A stretch of 64,000 nt of DNA from Pelagomonas calceolata (GCA_918797485.1 CAKKNE010000005.1:3534001-3598000), one strand, 5' to 3'; counted from the stretch's first letter, positions 1 to 11,331 are shown. Program-made: numbers and translations. Notes: generated by a model from the sequence alone, not told the origin.

Positions 1-231
1 GTCTTCGTCCACATATCTCCTATTCACGGCGATGGCCGCCGGGTTCGCCAGGTCGACCGTCGTCTCGAAGGTGGACCGCGACGCGCGCTTCGTATCCTTG
101 AGAAGGTGGCGCGCGGCGAAGATGCCGTTCCGCTCGTTGCCGTGCGTGCCGCCGACGATGGCTACTCTTCTGACTACATGGCCGTCGTCCTTGAGGACGG
201 TCTTTGCGAGCGCGGCCATGGATCGACGCAT
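1..231 (-). CDS. Aspartoacylase / succinylglutamate desuccinylase family zinc hydrolase, N-terminal part (runs off the window start)
   Basis: Not in the ORF track. Manual translation: MRRSMAALAKTVLKDDGHVVRRVAIVGGTHGNERNG...LANPAAIAVNRRYVDED, with the aspartoacylase motifs VAIxGGTHGNE and NPxA...RYxDxD. The start could be 231 or 219. Confidence 0.8.
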   Translation of the reverse strand, partial: MRRSMAALAKTVLKDDGHVVRRVAIVGGTHGNERNGIFAARHLLKDTKRASRSTFETTVDLANPAAIAVNRRYVDED

Positions 232-623
232 TTAGTGTGCTGCCTCGGCAGCGTGGCGTCGCGCACGGCTGTGTGGCTGGTGATCCGCTGCACACGTGTG
301 CGGATGTTTTTTCCAGTGATGGCGCGTCGACGGCGTGGTGGCGGCGCTGTCAATAGTGCGCAGCAATCGTCGGCTCCAGCTGTTGCGCAGCGCGATCGTC
401 GATCGCTACGCCAAGCTATCCTCGATGCGCGAGAGGGCATAATTAGCTAGCGCATAGAGAGGTACTAGGCATCTTGAGAGCACCAGAGTTTGCAGCAGCC
501 CCAGGGCCTCCGCCGGAGCATTTTTACTGGTGCCCGTGCGCATTCATCCGCCGGAGTCAAGCCCACGGGCAAGGAGAGCGCAGCCAAAGCGACATGGCAT
601 AACACCACAAGAGGCAGCCTACC

Positions 624-1613
624 ATGGGAGATGATGAATACGGCCCCGCGACGGCCGCCCGGGCGAAGTGGGACTTCGTGCCCGAAGAGCCTAGTGGTTT
701 GGCCCTCACGGCTGATGATGAATTGGAGGTCTGGCCCACGGAAAAAGGGTGGTGGTTCGCGCGTAAAAAACGGGGCGGCTACGAGGGCTACGTGCCCCGC
801 GACTACGTGCGCGTCGAGGGGCGCCACGCCGAGGCGGCGTTCCCGGGCCTCTCGGCGCGCGTCGCCACGATCTCACCGCGGCGCGCGGAGCCGCCACGAA
901 ACGACGACGAGGACGAGCTGCAGCTCGCGCTCGCGCTGTCGCTGAGCGAGGCCGAGGCGGCGTCCGCGCGGCCGCCGCCGCGGCCCGCGAGCTCCCCGCG
1001 AAGCCCGCCGTCGCCCGCGCTGTCGGAGGTCGTCGAGGTCCTGACGCCGCCGACACGCGCGTCCGCGCCGCCGCCGTCGCCCTCCTTCACCGAGGCGCGC
1101 CGGCCGGCCGCGGCGCCGCCGCCGCCTCCACCACTCTTCGACGCGGAGGCCCTCGCCGACGCGGCCCTCGCCGAGGTCCTGCCGGCGGCGGCGCCTCCGT
1201 TACCCCCGCGCGAGCCCGAGGCGATGCCCTCGCCGGAGTCGAAGCCGACGTCGCCGCGCGATAGCGGCCCGCGGCGCCAGAGTTTGCTCAAGTCCGCGCG
1301 GCGGTCTATTAGGAGGAGCCTGGGCATCCCCAAGCCCGCGAAGGCGTCGCCGGCCGAGGTCGCGCGTCTCCGGCGCCAGGCCGCGGCCGCCGAGGCCGAG
1401 GCGACGCGGCTCCGCGGCGCGCTCGAGGCGGTGCCGCTCGACGAGAGCACGGAGTGCCAGGTCTGCATGGCGCGCGCGAAGGACACGGCACTGGTACCAT
1501 GTGGCCACGTGCTCTGCGCGGACTGCGTCACGCGCTCGAACGACGCGCGGCTCGTGGAGGAGTGCCCCGTGTGCCGGGAGACGGTCCAGTCGACGATGCG
1601 TGTTTATATATAG
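624..1613 (+). CDS. SH3 + UIM-like + C-terminal RING finger protein (putative E3 ligase)
   Basis: SH3 signature (AKWDF...L...DELEV...GWW...GYVPRDYV), UIM-like DEDELQLALALSLSE, and C3HC4 RING CQVC...PCGH.LC..C...CPVCR. Confidence 0.8.
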   Translation: MGDDEYGPATAARAKWDFVPEEPSGLALTADDELEVWPTEKGWWFARKKRGGYEGYVPRDYVRVEGRHAEAAFPGLSARVATISPRRAEPPRNDDEDELQLALALSLSEAEAASARPPPRPASSPRSPPSPALSEVVEVLTPPTRASAPPPSPSFTEARRPAAAPPPPPPLFDAEALADAALAEVLPAAAPPLPPREPEAMPSPESKPTSPRDSGPRRQSLLKSARRSIRRSLGIPKPAKASPAEVARLRRQAAAAEAEATRLRGALEAVPLDESTECQVCMARAKDTALVPCGHVLCADCVTRSNDARLVEECPVCRETVQSTMRVYI

Positions 1614-1671
1614 GTTAGTTATGAAAGAGGTTTAGAAACGAGGAAAGGGGAGAGTTCAGTCTTTTCGCGGG

Positions 1672-2987
1672 CTAGGAAGTACACTCGTACCCCTCGTCGT
1701 CGGGCTCGCACGGCTCGTTCGTCCACTGGTAGATATTATTGTAGTGGCAGCCTCTGTTCTGGCACCTCCCTGCATTGGACGAACCGCAGAGCGTCTTGCC
1801 GTACGTCGCGCAGTAGTTCATAGCGTCCGACCACGTCACGGGCGCCCAGGTGGCCGGTTGATTCCAATGTCCGGCGTTGCAGCTTCCGGATACCGTCCTG
1901 GTACAACCGGACGAGCCAGAGCCGTCGTCGTTGCAGCACGCGAACGCGATACCCATTTCAGATCCGTCGTCGCGAACTAACGCGTCCGGGTCCGTCTCGC
2001 AATATGGGGCAACGTCTTTGATCCCCCGAACCACCCGCACGCCACACTTTGGGAACTCGGCGCACGCGACTGGCAGGCCCGCGTCGCCGGCCTGACACTC
2101 CTGACCCGTCCACTGGTAGTGACCGTTGTAGTGGCACCCCCTGTTCTTGCACGGCTGCTCGACGCCGCAGAGGACCTTGCCCTCAGCCGCGCACACGTTC
2201 GTGGCCTCGTGCCACGTCTTCGGCGCGAAATTCGATACCGGATTCAGGAAACCCGCGTAGCACTCGCCGTCCGCATCCGCCCGCGTGCACGTGCTGTAAC
2301 GCATGTCGGCGTCGCAGCACGCGAAGGCGATCTTCTTGCCGGCGTGCTCGGTCGCCCAGGGATCATCTTCGCAATGGAAGCCGGTCCCATCGCCGCGGTT
2401 GATCCGCACACCGCACGTCGGGAACTCGTTCGTCGGTGAGGCCGTGGGCGCGGCACTGGGCTTGGGCGTCGGCGCCGGCGTCGGGCGCGGCGACGGCTCG
2501 GCGGTCGGAGCCGGCGTAGGCCTCGGCGACGGCCTCGGCGTCGGAGCTTGAGTAGGCTGCGGCGTCGGGTCGGGGAGACCGCCGACGCACTCGAGAAACT
2601 TCTCGGCGTTGATCAGGCCGGCGCCGAGCTGGCCCTCGTATTCGAGGTCGTCGATCTCTGTCGCATATTCGTAGGCGCACGTAAGTAGCTCGTTTCTCGT
2701 CGCCAACGGCTTGAGGGAGAAGCCGAGGGCGAAGATTCCCGCTACGACGGGGGTCGCCATCGACGTGCCGGACATGTAGACGTATCCGCTGTCTATATAC
2801 GTCGCCGCTATGCGAACGCCAGGCGCGCTGATGTCGACCTGTGTGAAGAATTATCGGAAGGCGTGAAATTTTTATTTCTGCACAGATCTCCACGCAGGGG
2901 CCGTAATTGCTAAAGGAAGCCTTCAAAGGGGGGTTGTACCTTGTGTCGAGTGCCGCGACGCTGACGACGCCGTCGTCAGTAAAATGC
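1672..2987 (-). pseudogene. 5'-truncated subtilisin-like (S8) protease + Pro/Thr linker + two Cys-rich repeat domains; intron 2839-2893
   Basis: Spliced read VVSVAALD...ASFSNYGPC|VDISAPG...YMSGTSMATPVVAG covers the catalytic Ser region. No catalytic Asp/His region or signal peptide is visible before the next gene's promoter. Two copies of a CGVR...IAFACC...TW.EA...C...GK.LC...C.NRGCHYN..YQWT..C domain follow. Confidence 0.55.
2839..2893 (-). mobile_element. 55-nt miniature introner-like intron
   Basis: GTGGAGAT|CTGTG...TCACACAG. The first 8 nt match the next exon start GTCGACAT at 6/8. Removal restores subtilase YGPC|VDISAPG. Confidence 0.65.
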
Positions 2988-3002
2988 CTGAAAAAGCTAA
3001 TA

Positions 3003-3026
3003 GCTAGCGGCCAGTAACACACTAGC
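3003..3026 (-). promoter_or_regulatory. Double-CTAG intergenic motif
   Basis: Reverse complement GCTAGTGTGTTACTGGCCGCTAGC. Confidence 0.6.
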
Positions 3027-3117
3027 AAACAGACAGTGGGTTCAGTTGGGCAGTGCACATAAAAATGGAGCACCCAGGGCTGCCCAAACGCATGCGTTGA
3101 GGCTGCCATCAACTAAA

Positions 3118-6100
3118 ATGAACGCCATGGAGTTCTACCTCCGGAGCGTCGACGCCCAGACCTGGCAGGACTGCGAGGCGGAGGGCGTAGACCCCGATGC
3201 CGCTTTAACAGAGCTGCCCTCGCCGGCGCCCGAGGCACCATCAATGATCGTCGAGGTCGCCCCGCCGGCTATTTTAAAACCGCCACCGGCGCCGGCCGTG
3301 CGCCCGCCTAAACCACCACAGTCGCCCCAGCGCCGCGTGCCCCAGTCTCCGGCCTCCGCGGCGTCCGCCCGGCGACACAGCCGCGTGCCCCAGTCACCCG
3401 CCGAAGCTGATGACCAGCAGGCACCTCTCTACGAGGCCGTCACCTTCCAGCCAACGCACCGGCGGCCGACCAAACAACCCATAGTGCGGTCGCGGCCGCC
3501 CCTAAGGCAGCGCGCCTACGACGCCCCGCACGCCGGCCGCGCCGCGCGCACTTTAACCGCGAAAACCAAAGGCCAGGAGCTCGTAAAATCCTGGCCCTGC
3601 CGCACGCCCATCATCTTAGATGCTGCAAATGCGAGAAGGGAGGCCAAAAATGCAGTGCACGCGCCGAAGGTTCGGATTGACCTCGAGTGGTGTTATGGGT
3701 TTGACACGTCGATCGTGGGGCGGAATTTATTTGCTATCGATCGTCAGCGAGTTATGTTCGCTTGTGCAGCCCTGGTCGTGATCTACGACACAAAAAAACA
3801 TACCCAGAAGTTCTTCCGCGGGCATGGGAGCCGCCGGGTCACTTCCCTAACAGTAGACAGACGCATCGCTTGTTCGGGAGACGCCCATTCAAAACCAGAG
3901 GTCTTAGTCTGGGACGTCGAAACGTTACAAGTCCTCCACCGGCTCGGGTCGGGCTTCTTCCACCACCATGTGCTCGTACTGTGTTTGTCACCAAATGCAA
4001 AAGCGTTAGTGGCCATCGACGCCTCGGAAACCCATAACCTCGGCTATTGGCGTTTAGATGATCTAAGACGATTAGCAAGATTGAAAAAAGAAAAACAGGA
4101 ACACCAAATCAGCGCGCGGGAAGCGCACGCCCACTGGGGCGGCATGGCTTCCAATGATGTGGCTTCGGACGATCTGAGGACCAAAGAGCAAAAACCAGCC
4201 GCATGTCGGCGGGCCGAGGTCCACGAGCCCCCCGCCGTGTATGATGGGTGCTGGATGTTCGAGGATGATACGAAGGAGGAACTCGTGGAAGGCGACCACG
4301 CGGGCGCGGGCGCGAAGCCGCAGTTCTGCACCGTGGGGCCCGGTGTGGAAATCAAATTTTACGGCGCGTTCGTCGCGTCGTCCTCCACGCCATCGGCGCG
4401 ACGCCTGCTCGATGGCGTGGCGATGCCGGTTCCTCGCCGCTCGACGGGGCCAGCACGGCCACGTCATCGCCGAGAAATGACTTAGTGAAGAACTATCGGT
4501 GCACGCGACACACTGGTTGATTTCCACACAGGTTGGGCCGGGGAGACACGTCAAGTTCTGGACGGCCTCCAAGGGCATTCGCGTCGATAATAATAGGGAG
4601 GACATGACGTCCGCCAAGCACCAGTGGCGCGTCGATAGTAAGAATGGACAATGGCCCACGAAAGACGAAACTACTCCCATGTTCCAATGTGTCTTCGTCG
4701 CTTCCACGCAAACATTATTGACGGGTGGGGGGGATGGTCAAGTATATGCGTGGAAGGGGCGGGTGTGTTTTGCGGTATTTCCGGTGCACGGTTCTACAGT
4801 GAAGGGCGTGAATCCGATTCGGCTCACCGTTGATAATGACAGGCTGTGTACCGGTGATTCAACAGGGAGGGTGCGGTGCTGGGGGGCGATACCACCTTCA
4901 GGTAAAGGTAGTAGTGCGGCGGGCTGGCGCGCGGGCGGCGCTCTTGTTGTCGATGATGCGAGGGGCATGGAAAAAGAGACGTCGCAGGGAGCGCCTTTGC
5001 GAGACGTCTGCTTTTTGGGAGACGACATGCTTGCGTTAACGTCACAGGGCGTCTTGGTTCGTATTGATACGAAGGGTGCGCAGTCCGTGCTGTTAAGTGG
5101 GCACTTCTCGCCGACGCCTACTACACAATTGCGAGCCTGCGCTACACTATCAAACAATAGAGTCGTGACGGCGGGCATGGACCGGCTGCTTTGTGTGTGG
5201 GACGTCGAGTCGAAGGAGCTGGTGAACTATACGCGGTTGTTGCGACCGGCGCGGTGCGTCGATGCTTCTGAGGGTAAAATAGCCGCCGGTCTAGATGACG
5301 GCAGCGTTGTGGTCGTGGATGCGTCCACGATGGAAACCTTGTTCATAATCAAGGGCGGCTCTCATACAAAAACAGAAGTAGAAGAAAGAAGGCACCACGG
5401 CCTCGGCCCGTGCGGCCTCATGGCCGCGCAATCCGCGGGCCAGCAGCACGAGGCTTTGAATGCCCAAAAGGTGTCGGACGACGGCGTCGACAGCGTGCGG
5501 CTCACGCCTGACAAAGTTGCGGTCGGGCGCCGCGACGGCTCGCTGCGCGTGTATGCCATGGACGGCGCGCAAGTCGTTTCATACAACAACTGCGGGAGCC
5601 GCATCATCCAGATCGACTGGGACGCCTCACAAAACTACATCAGGTGCGCCACGGCGGCGAAGGAGCTGCGGTGGTTCGACGTCAGCCAAAGGAAGACGAT
5701 CAGCGCGCGCCGCGCGGCGGAATTGGATTGGGAGAGCCCGACGACGGTCTTCGGGCGCCACTGCGTCGCGGCGTGGTCCTCTTCATTTATAGTGGCGTCG
5801 TGCCACGCCGCGCGGGGCGTGCTCGCTTCCGGAAGTGACGCGGGTATATTAAGGTTGCTCAAGAGCCCGGCCGTGGTCCGGGGCGCCCCCGGCGTCGACG
5901 CCGCGGCGCACGCCTCGTCCATCACTTCCGTAAGATGGAGCGGCGACCGCCTGTTTACGGTCGGCGGCCGCGACCGCGCTTTATTACAGTGGCGCGTCGT
6001 GCCTTTGATGGAGAAGAAGCCGCTCACGGCGCTCCAGAAGGCGCGCGCCTCCCGATTCTGGAAGGACGCGCGGTCGAAGCTCGCGCTCATCGCGAAGACG

Positions 6101-6701
6101 GCCAAGACGACCGTCGGGGCGCTGCCTGTTGACGACGACGACGACGACGTCGTGTCCACAACGTCGTCGTCGGCGGCGCGGAAGACGGGCGCGCGCTCGG
6201 CCCTCTGCCACCTCTGCGGCGCGGCGAACCCCGTCACGAGTCGGCTCCGCCATGTGGAGGCCTGCGCGGAGCGGTGGACGCGCGTGCACGAGGCGGCGCT
6301 CGCGGCGCCCGGCGACGACCTCGACGACCCGGGCGAGCTGCCGCCGGACCCACACGCGGGCGTCGTTTGCTCCCGCGTCCCTTTCCGACGCCATCGACGC
6401 GACTACCCTTCCTCCACGCCATCGACGCGAGGGGTCTACACTGCCTCTACGCCATCGACGCAACCGCTTCGGTCACTCACAGGACTTCGACGGGCTGAGC
6501 ATGCCCGAGCTGGACGCGCGCAACGTCGAGTCGGAGCGCGTCTTCTTCGAGCACGCGCTCGTGCCCTGCGAGCACTGCGGGCGGCGGTTCCGGCGGGACG
6601 CGCTCCGGAAGCACCGCGTCTCGTGCACGGCGTCGCGGCCGTTTGCGAAGCCGCTCGCGCGGCAGACTGAGGGACGTGTGAAGGTGAGTAATTGGCGTTA
6701 G
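3118..6701 (+). CDS. EML/EMAP-like WD40 protein (HELP-like motif) with C-terminal C2HC zinc fingers; join(3118-4332, 4532-~6355/6361, 6483-6701)
   Basis: LEWCYGF HELP-like motif, many WD repeats, AHASSITSVRW...TVGGRDRALLQW, zinc fingers CHLCG...H...C and PCEHCGRRF...H...C. Three track ORFs join through two introns. Confidence 0.75.
4333..4531 (+). mobile_element. Introner element (199-nt GT-AG intron with TSD and TIRs)
   Basis: GTGGGGCC (7/8 match to the next exon GTTGGGCC) + CGGTGTGGAAATCAA ... TTGATTTCCACACAG (14/15 inverted repeat); internal hairpin 4385-4420; splicing gives FCT|VGPGRHVKFW. Confidence 0.85.
6356..6482 (+). other. Intron with three copies of ACGCCATCGACGC (donor 6356 GC or 6362 GT)
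   Basis: Ends CTCACAG; removal joins the EML frame to the C2HC-finger frame DFDGLSMPELD. Confidence 0.6.
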
Positions 6702-6782
6702 CTACTAGTAGTTTTCGGTCGATACAATGTTACAACAGCTCGAGTGGACAGCTCCGACGTCGCGGGGGCTACATACGACCGA

Positions 6783-7190
6783 CTACTTCCCCTTGCCCGT
6801 GCTCTCGTACTTCACGTCGGACAACATGGTTTCGAGCATGGACAGCTCCTTCGCGTCGCGCTTGTCCATCGCCGCGAGCTCCTCCTTCGTGCGGCCCGCG
6901 CGCGGGTCGAGCATCTGGTTGTAGCGCGCCGTGCAATCGGCCGGGTTCGTTGGTGTGCACTGCTTACCCTTGACGCGGTATTTCTCCGCGTTGATGGCCG
7001 CCTCCTCGAGGCTGACGCCGCTCGCGAACGCAGCATTCGGTGCCAACACAGCGGCCGCGCCGGCGGCTCCGAAGGTCAAGCTGCTGAGCAAATGGCGACG
7101 AGACTTGTAAGACTTGTACGACGAGACCACTGACAGAGCATCACTGCCAGCTGCCAACAGGGCGAAGACGGCAGTCGTGCGTGCAACCAT
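6783..7190 (-). CDS. Small plastid/thylakoid-lumen-targeted protein of unknown function
   Basis: MVARTTAVFALLAAGSDAL signal peptide, then an SRRHLL twin-arginine-like motif, a hydrophobic stretch and an AFA cleavage-like site. Confidence 0.6.
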   Translation of the reverse strand: MVARTTAVFALLAAGSDALSVVSSYKSYKSRRHLLSSLTFGAAGAAAVLAPNAAFASGVSLEEAAINAEKYRVKGKQCTPTNPADCTARYNQMLDPRAGRTKEELAAMDKRDAKELSMLETMLSDVKYESTGKGK

Positions 7191-7308
7191 GATTGTGAAT
7201 GGTGTCAGTGGTATGCTGGGCGAGTGTGCCTTGCCTGTAAGATGTCTACGCGACGTCTGCGACGAGGTATGCGTGTGGTTGATGGCTGCTGACTCTGTGA
7301 AATGCTTT

Positions 7309-7331
7309 GCTAGTGCCTTACGGCCGCTAGC
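7309..7331 (+). promoter_or_regulatory. Double-CTAG intergenic motif
   Basis: GCTAGTGCCTTACGGCCGCTAGC between divergent starts. Confidence 0.6.
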
Positions 7332-7479
7332 TATTCTTGCCACGGCTTCAAACAGTCCTCGTGGCCAGCCCAAGGCCTCGTCTATTTCCGCAAGCCTGGC
7401 CGGGAGGCCCCGGCAGATCTCGACCCGATGCAACGCCATCTGCAGCGCCGCGCTCTCCGGACGACGACAGGAGACAACG

Positions 7480-8592
7480 ATGATGGCTGCCCCACCGCAC
7501 CTCGACGCCATCGCGGAGAGCCCGCTCAAAGGCTGCGCGCTCCTGGGCAGCCCCGTGCTTGACGAGTGCGAAGACAACGAGTTCGAGCTGTTTAAGGCCC
7601 GCATAGACGCGGCGGACACGGCCTATGAGCTCGCGCTAGAACAGAGCCGCTTCGAGAGCCGCGTGGAGGCGCGGCGACGAGCGTCCGCGAGCGCACGCGC
7701 GAGCGCGGAAGCCCGCAGCGAGGCGCGTGCCCAACACGACGATTACTTCGCGCGCCAGCGCCTCGAGGACGCCATCGCGGGCGTCAAGGACCTCGTTGGC
7801 GAAGTCCCCGACGCCGTCGACGACGGCCTGACGCCGCGGTCGTCGCTGCGGCGCGCCTGCGACGACGCGGCGGCGTTCCTGGCCGAGGAGGCGGCGGAGC
7901 CCGCGCTGCCGTCGCCGGGGCCGCGGGAAACGGACCACTCCCCGCCGCGGACGCGAACGCCGGTGCGGACCGAGGAGGCAGCCGGCGACGAGTCCGATGG
8001 CTCCGAGGATTCCGGCGACGGAATCCTCGCCGCTGATTATGAGGGGCCTGGTGCAAACCGGCGGGGCGACGTCGGCGCCGCCCCGGCGCCGGCGGCCGAC
8101 GAAGACGACGACTCCTCCGACTGGTCGTCTTCCGCCGAGGCGCCGGCGCCGGCGCCGCTGGACGACGACGACGACATCTCCATCGTCTCGGTGTCGTCGG
8201 CGACGGCCGAGGACGCGTCGGAGCGCCTGGAGCGGGCGGAGGGCTACTGTGAACGCTACCCAGCGAAGGCTGCCAAAGTATTGCGGCCGTGCATTACCGC
8301 GTGGCGCGGAGGCGCGCCGATAGACTACGCGTCGAATCCGGACGTGGGACCCGTGCTTGCGGTGTCGTGTTGCTACGCCTACGCGCGGGCGACCGCGAAC
8401 GTCGCGGTGCAGGATGGCAACTGCGGGGAGAATTCGCCGGCCCTCGTGGCCGACGCGCTGGAAGCGCTCGACCAGGCGCTCGAACTGGACCCGTCCCACG
8501 CGCCGTCGACGCGGCTCCGCGGACGACTGCTGCCCCTGCTCGGCGAGGCGCTCTGCCCGCGGAGGATTCGCGCGAGCTTCCGGCCTGAGTAA
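7480..8592 (+). CDS. Hypothetical protein with an acidic middle and TPR-like C-terminus
   Basis: Long ORF with GC3-biased codons; ALEALDQALELDPSH is a TPR-like motif. Confidence 0.55.
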   Translation: MMAAPPHLDAIAESPLKGCALLGSPVLDECEDNEFELFKARIDAADTAYELALEQSRFESRVEARRRASASARASAEARSEARAQHDDYFARQRLEDAIAGVKDLVGEVPDAVDDGLTPRSSLRRACDDAAAFLAEEAAEPALPSPGPRETDHSPPRTRTPVRTEEAAGDESDGSEDSGDGILAADYEGPGANRRGDVGAAPAPAADEDDDSSDWSSSAEAPAPAPLDDDDDISIVSVSSATAEDASERLERAEGYCERYPAKAAKVLRPCITAWRGGAPIDYASNPDVGPVLAVSCCYAYARATANVAVQDGNCGENSPALVADALEALDQALELDPSHAPSTRLRGRLLPLLGEALCPRRIRASFRPE

Positions 8593-8603
8593 CACAGTGA
8601 CAA

Positions 8604-9035
8604 TTATTCTTCCCGGCGCTCCTTCCAGACGCCGACGCGCGGCGCCGGCTTCTCGTCCCCCTCGGGGTCGGGCTCGCGGAAGGCCGAGACCACGTAGGCC
8701 GCCATCAGCAGGTTCAGCACGACGACGGCGCAGATCGCGGCGCAGGCGTCGCGGTGCCTCGAGGGCGGCAGCAGCCGCTTCACGGCGACGAACGCCCCGG
8801 GCGGCGCCAGCGCCACGCCCACGACGTAGAGCACCAGCTTCCGCGCGACGGCGCGGTTGTCGGGCGCGCTCAGGATGTCGACGGGGCCCCACTTCCGCAC
8901 GCCCGTCGCCGGCGCCGGCTTCGGTTCCGAAGCTTTGCTTTTACCATTGGTACCTTCCGCCCATTGTTCCGCGCTCCAGTCGGTGCTCATGTCCCCGCCC
9001 ATGTTGCCGCCGCTGTTTCCGCCGCGGCGCCGCAT
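8604..9035 (-). CDS. VMA21-like V-ATPase assembly factor
   Basis: Two hydrophobic segments, KLVLYVVGVALAPPGAF and AAICAVVVLNLLMAAYVVSAFRE, in a VMA21-like pattern. Confidence 0.55.
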   Translation of the reverse strand: MRRRGGNSGGNMGGDMSTDWSAEQWAEGTNGKSKASEPKPAPATGVRKWGPVDILSAPDNRAVARKLVLYVVGVALAPPGAFVAVKRLLPPSRHRDACAAICAVVVLNLLMAAYVVSAFREPDPEGDEKPAPRVGVWKERREE

Positions 9036-9315
9036 ACCTGCGCGTGTGGGCCAGTCGCGCGGTCGCCGCGAGGCGACGGTGCGGTCCCGGCCGAGTCCCA
9101 CCACAGGCACCGGTTGCTCTGCGACGCGTGAAATGGGAGCGCCCGCGGCCACTGGGAAAGGCTCACTTGCGGGCGCGAAGATGATTGGCGTCGGACAGTT
9201 TGTTGTGCACGCTGGGCGCTTGCTGTGCGTCTTGGCGCAAGGCTTTTGCACTTATTCGCTGCAACGAGGCACGAGAGGCTGCAAAACTGCGACTGCAAAG
9301 AGTGCCGGGCTATTC

Positions 9316-9339
9316 GCTAGTGTCTTACAAGACGCTAGC
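9316..9339 (+). promoter_or_regulatory. Double-CTAG intergenic motif
   Basis: GCTAGTGTCTTACAAGACGCTAGC between divergent starts. Confidence 0.6.
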
Positions 9340-9586
9340 GGCGTTTTGCGGGCGTTTTGCCTCTAGCGCTCGCTACAGGCACAGTAGGACGCCTCCGAAG
9401 CTTCAGCCCTTCCGCTGGTCCTCGCTGCTCAGCCTGAGAGAAGTAGCACTGCCGGAGAGGCCGTCCAGCCACTCAGTCCACAAACCAGCGGTAGAAAAAA
9501 GACGCGGTCGACGCGCTAGAAGACGCGCCAAGAGACAACGAGACGCCGTCGACGCGCTCCCAGGAGACGCGCCGCGATAGACCGCC

Positions 9587-10225
9587 ATGGGCCTCTACGA
9601 CGGCCACGCCGAGGACATCCCCGAGCCAGTCAAGATGCCCGTCGACGTTTTGGAACTCGCCAAGCCCGACGCGCCCCCCGAGCACCGCATCACGTTGAGG
9701 GTCTGGCGCCACCCGGTCGCGCTCGACGAGGCGCACTCGTACATCGGGGGGACCGCGACACCCTGGAGTTGCGGCGAGAGCACGCGGGGTCATGGTGGTT
9801 TGACGCCGCGGTTGGACGCGACGATCCCCTTCACGCCTGAAAAGACGACGTTCGAACGGTTGCGCATTCCCATCGAGACGGTAAACGTCAAGGGCATGCT
9901 GCGGCGGACGGCGCTGTTCCAGGAGATCCTGGCGGTGATGCTGGAGCTCGAGAACCCGCACGACTACCCGCCGGCGCAGTCGCTGGCGTACCGGTTCGCG
10001 ATCTGGCCCGACGACGAGCCGGAAAAGTCGCCGCTCGGTACCAAACCTGATTTGATTCCGAAGGAGGCGGAAGGCGATTTGATCTCGAAGTGGCTCCCCG
10101 ACCCGCTCGCGCGCGATTTGATCATCGTGCCGCAGACGCAGATCGATCGCGAGGACCGGTGCACGCTGGTGCGGTGCGCGGGCGACGAGGAGGGGAAGGA
10201 TTCATTAGATGTAATGGTTCGGTAG
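9587..10225 (+). CDS. Hypothetical protein
   Basis: 212-aa ORF with protein-like composition and CCGCCATGG start context; probable 5'-UTR intron upstream. Confidence 0.6.
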   Translation: MGLYDGHAEDIPEPVKMPVDVLELAKPDAPPEHRITLRVWRHPVALDEAHSYIGGTATPWSCGESTRGHGGLTPRLDATIPFTPEKTTFERLRIPIETVNVKGMLRRTALFQEILAVMLELENPHDYPPAQSLAYRFAIWPDDEPEKSPLGTKPDLIPKEAEGDLISKWLPDPLARDLIIVPQTQIDREDRCTLVRCAGDEEGKDSLDVMVR

Positions 10226-10227
10226 TT

Positions 10228-11124
10228 TTAGTCCCTAGTCCGCTTGCGGTCCATCATGCGTCTATATTCATCGGTGTGGTGCGCGAGGGGCTGCGCGGCG
10301 AACGGTTGAGGTATGTGGTTCGCTCTCTCACGTTGCCGCTCGGCCTCTATCCTCTGTTGTTCCGCAATCACGTCGCCCTGCAACCGGCAGGGCAGCGAAT
10401 GCTCCCAGGGCGAGACGCGGATCGGCGCCTGGACGCCGCGCAGTATGTCGCGCAGCGGCCACCTCAGTCGAGAATCGTCGTCGCGCACGTACCTCCTAGC
10501 TAGTGTCAATTCCACGGCGTCCTCGGCGCCTGATCGGAACCTTCGAGCGTGGCCTAACGCGACGAAGGTCCCAAATTCGTTCCTACCTCGAGCCGCACAC
10601 AACACGTAGGGCCCCGGTTGTCTCGGGGTTCGCGGCGGCGGCGGCACGACGAAGACGTTCAATAAAGGCGCTCCCGGGATCTGCTGCGGCGCTCTGGGAG
10701 GCAAGGGATCGCTTGCACCTATCTCGGGCGGAGGGTCCTCGATGCGGTCGTCGAACTCAAATTCGTGGGCGTCGTCGCGATACGCGCGTCGATACCCCGC
10801 ACCATCCGGCGGCTCCATCAAATAATGCCCTCGAAACTCGCCGCTCAGTTGGAGCAAAGCTCGGAGGTCCATGTCCCCGGTCGCAAATTGCCGCGCGCGC
10901 ATGGGATCCACGTCGAAATTCAATTCAAAGAAGTTGAAACTTGACGAGAAGTCCGCCGCCGGTGGGGCGTGGCTTGCTACCGTCGAGAGCCAGGACCCGC
11001 GCCAACTTACGACGTTTCGTTCGCCGCCGACCCAGGTGACGCGGCCGTGCCAGTAGAAGAGCGTGTCGCGCCAGTCCTCGTCGCGGTCATCCAGTAAGCC
11101 CGTCGTCGGGCGGATGTGCTGCAT
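10228..11124 (-). CDS. Hypothetical protein
   Basis: 298-aa ORF with globular composition, convergent with the previous gene. Confidence 0.6.
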   Translation of the reverse strand: MQHIRPTTGLLDDRDEDWRDTLFYWHGRVTWVGGERNVVSWRGSWLSTVASHAPPAADFSSSFNFFELNFDVDPMRARQFATGDMDLRALLQLSGEFRGHYLMEPPDGAGYRRAYRDDAHEFEFDDRIEDPPPEIGASDPLPPRAPQQIPGAPLLNVFVVPPPPRTPRQPGPYVLCAARGRNEFGTFVALGHARRFRSGAEDAVELTLARRYVRDDDSRLRWPLRDILRGVQAPIRVSPWEHSLPCRLQGDVIAEQQRIEAERQRERANHIPQPFAAQPLAHHTDEYRRMMDRKRTRD

Positions 11125-11305
11125 TTTGTGAATACTCTGCGGAGATGCGCTGCGGGTCGCTTTCTTTTTGTTGGATACTGCTTGCGCGTGCGAGAATCGG
11201 CTATGCTGGTGCTAGCGCAAAGTTCAGCGGTACGTCTGCGTGTGTCTGGTGCCTGTAGCTGCAGTTGTGCGCCTCGCGCAGGCCAATTTACCGAGGACAG
11301 CTGGC

Positions 11306-11331
11306 GCTAGCGTGCCTGTAAAGACACTAGC
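11306..11331 (-). promoter_or_regulatory. Double-CTAG intergenic motif
   Basis: Reverse complement GCTAGTGTCTTTACAGGCACGCTAGC. Confidence 0.6.

Noticed and set aside
2440..2575. Tandem-like DNA repeats (also 47125-47200, 53660-53710, 60620-60890)
   Set aside because: They encode ordinary Pro/Thr/Lys-rich protein linkers
6388..6461. Three spaced short repeats resembling a mini CRISPR array
   Set aside because: Repeats are only ~13 nt, lie inside a eukaryotic intron, and no cas genes are present
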